From a candidate division FCPU426 bacterium (GTDB lineage Bacteria; Oederibacteriota; Muellerivitia; Muellerivitales; Muellerivitaceae), in NCBI GenBank assembly GCA_963738405.1, contig CAVTWJ010000012.1, positions 94,609-158,608 of the forward strand: a DNA stretch of 64,000 nt. The letters run 5' to 3'. Numbering within the stretch: position 1 is the stretch's first letter; every line of letters starts with the position of its first letter. The position numbers and the translations under genes were made by a program. This document shows positions 61,828 through 64,000 of the stretch, piece by piece. The notes below the pieces were generated by a model. The model worked only from the letters and a program-made list of their open reading frames with translations, had not been told where the DNA came from and did not search any database.

Positions 61828-62957
61828 AAAGAGGCTTTTCTTTAGTTGGCTATTCCCTTCTGTTTCTGATGGTTTGCGGAAGCCTATTCTCCCAACAATA
61901 TGTGGATAGTTTTCTCGAGGCTCGGCAATCGGCTAATGAAGCCTTCAATAAAGGGGATTTAAACACTGCTTTAAAGGAAGAAAAGCGGGCCTTGGGTTTG
62001 GCTCAGGGAAAATACGGCCAGTTTCATCCTTCACTCGTACCTGTATTGAACGACCTCGCCACGCTGGAAAGGTATTTGGGCCAATACCAGGATGCGGAGA
62101 AATATTACAAATTAGGCCTTACGATCCGGGAACAAATCCTGGGGATGGATGACCCTCTGGTGGCCGAATCCCTCGATAACTTGGCCGTCCTGTATGACGA
62201 TCTGGAAAGGGATGAAGAAGCTCAAATTTTAGAAAAACGGGCATTAGCCTTACGTGAGGGACAAAAAGGGTTTGTCGTAAATGATTCCTATCTGCGCGAA
62301 CTTCTCCAATTAGGAAAAACCCATACTCGTTTAAAAAATTACGAAGATGCCGGAAAAACCCTTGGTAAAGCCATGGCATTGGCCAACAAGACATTACCTT
62401 CAGGTAGTCCTTTTAATAGTGAAGTTATCGAAGCATTGTCCGATGCGGAATTAGGGGGCGGTCACCCGGATTTGGCGGAAGCTGATTTATTGAAATCCCT
62501 GGAACTTAAGAAGGCAAGGTTGACGGAAAACAATTACGAGGTTGGAAATCTTTATAAAAAGCTGGGGGATTTTTACAGGGATTTAGGGAAAAAAGATGAA
62601 GGCCAGGGGTATTACCAAAAAGCCCTTAAAGTTCATCTCCGTTATATCAGTGGCTCCTGTGATTATATGAACGTTGATCGATTTGATGAGGCTTCGAATG
62701 ATTACCTGGCCTTGGGGGACCACGCGGAATCGTTGAAGCTTAAGAAACAGGTTCTGAAAACCTTGGTCGAGATGTGGGGGAAGGATAATCCCCTTTCGGC
62801 GATTTGTCAGGCGGTAATGGCTGAGAACGAAGCGGCTTTGGGGGAAAAAGATGAAGCCCTGTCGGATCTTCAACAGGCTTTGGGGATATTAAAGGACGAA
62901 TTAGGCCCGGATCACACTTTGACGAGAGGGGTTATTAAAATTTTAACAGAACCATAG
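61824..62957 (+). CDS. Secreted TPR protein (kinesin-light-chain-type repeats)
   Basis: Signal peptide; LNDLATL...LTIREQILGMDDPLVAESLDNLAVLY. Confidence 0.88.
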   Translation: MKRGFSLVGYSLLFLMVCGSLFSQQYVDSFLEARQSANEAFNKGDLNTALKEEKRALGLAQGKYGQFHPSLVPVLNDLATLERYLGQYQDAEKYYKLGLTIREQILGMDDPLVAESLDNLAVLYDDLERDEEAQILEKRALALREGQKGFVVNDSYLRELLQLGKTHTRLKNYEDAGKTLGKAMALANKTLPSGSPFNSEVIEALSDAELGGGHPDLAEADLLKSLELKKARLTENNYEVGNLYKKLGDFYRDLGKKDEGQGYYQKALKVHLRYISGSCDYMNVDRFDEASNDYLALGDHAESLKLKKQVLKTLVEMWGKDNPLSAICQAVMAENEAALGEKDEALSDLQQALGILKDELGPDHTLTRGVIKILTEP

Positions 62958-62966
62958 GACACGGAT

Positions 62967-64000
62967 ATGAACTACCAAATCTTTTTCACGCTTCTAGCCG
63001 CCCTTTTGAATCCCGAAAAACGCTCCCTCATGGACTTCTACGAATCCCAAATCAGGTTTCTCCTGGCCCACCTTCCCAAACGACCCGTTCCTACCTTGGG
63101 ACAGAAAATGGACATGTCAAAGGCAGCGGCCAAATTAGGAAGAAAAGGCCTTAAAGAAATTCTCACTCTTTTTAACCCCTGACACTCTCCTGCGTTGGCA
63201 AAGGGAAGCTGTCCGGGAAAAGTGGGATTATTCCAAAAATCGGGGCCCCGGAAGGCCGTCTCTGGCCAAGAATATTGAAAAGCTGGTGGTCCAATTCGCC
63301 CAGAACAATCCCTCTTGGGGATACAAACATATCCGGGACAGCCTGAAAACCTTGGGATTCATTGTCGGCAAAACCACAATCCGCAACATCCTTAAAAGGC
63401 ATGACTTAAACCCAGCCCCGGAAAGAATAAAGAATGGCCCTACCTGGGCCGAGTTCACAAAGTCACACTGGGAAGCACTCGTTGGAACCGACTTTTTTAC
63501 CTGGGAGATTTGGGAGCCTTGGGGTCTTACTACCTACTATGTTCTATTCCTCATCCATCAAGCCACAAGGAAAGTCCATATTGCCGGTATCACGACCAAT
63601 CCTGATGGGAATTGGATGAAGCAAATAGCCAAAAACCTAACCATGCCGGACTGGGGTTTCCTCAAACAAGGGATGATTTTATTGCACGATCGGGGCGGTC
63701 AATTCTGCCCGGCTTTCAGGAGAATCCTGCAAAACGAGGGAATCCAAACCTTGATGCTTCCCTTCCAAAGCCCAAATCTCAATGCCTATGCGGAGCGGTG
63801 GGTAAGGTCCGTAAAGGAAGAATGCTTATCCAAGATGATTATCTTGGGAGAACCGATGTTACGAAACACTTTGAAGGAATATCTCGCTCATTTCCATGGG
63901 GAGCGTCCCCATCAAGGACTTGGCCATATTCCCTTTCCTGCCCGAGAACTAACCAGAGGTAGCCCAAAAGGCAAGATCGTCCGCCGTCAAAGGCTCGGCG
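62967..64000 (+). pseudogene. Integrase-core (DDE) transposase, frameshifted near 63170-63180, runs off the window
   Basis: ORF 62967-63182 stops at LTLFNP*, while the next frame continues PDTLLRW...GPGRP...NPSWGY...TDFFT...NAYAERWVRSVKEEC. Confidence 0.85.

Noticed and set aside
1..64000. cas genes, reverse transcriptase, rRNA or tRNA genes
   Set aside because: I recognised no Cas1/Cas2, RuvC, paired HEPN, RAMP or RT motifs in the ORFs, and no rRNA or tRNA signature by eye.

Overview
Bacterial chromosomal window with three parts. (i) 1-19 kb is a dense two-component signalling island: a 2057-aa poly-HAMP hybrid kinase, two phytochrome-type ([14 protein letters not shown]) kinases, a REC-PAS-GGDEF protein, an NtrC-type regulator and six stand-alone receivers. 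(ii) 19-46 kb is envelope and housekeeping genes: a TPR/beta-barrel/ExbB/ExbD/TonB operon, rpsA, plsC, DAHP synthase, cmk, aroA, tyrA, hisC, pheA, two TolB-like proteins, glyA and tadB/tadC. (iii) 46-64 kb is an accessory region built around eight co-oriented copies of a 37-bp hairpin-forming repeat (GTTGCACACCATCCTTTTTGCGAGGGCCATGTGCAGG) between 49781 and 61215. Two intervals are CRISPR-sized (30 and 38 nt), and one collapses to about 38-45 nt once a nested IS3 and a Y1/RAYT-like element are removed. The other four are 1.1-3.4 kb blocks, mostly Rhs toxin/immunity modules, whose edge genes are usually cut exactly at the repeat boundary. No cas gene, integron integrase or leader is visible in the window. 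This CRISPR-like array with gene-sized spacers is the main candidate for an undescribed system, but mis-assembly must be excluded first. Protein calls rest on motif recognition by eye, not database searches.
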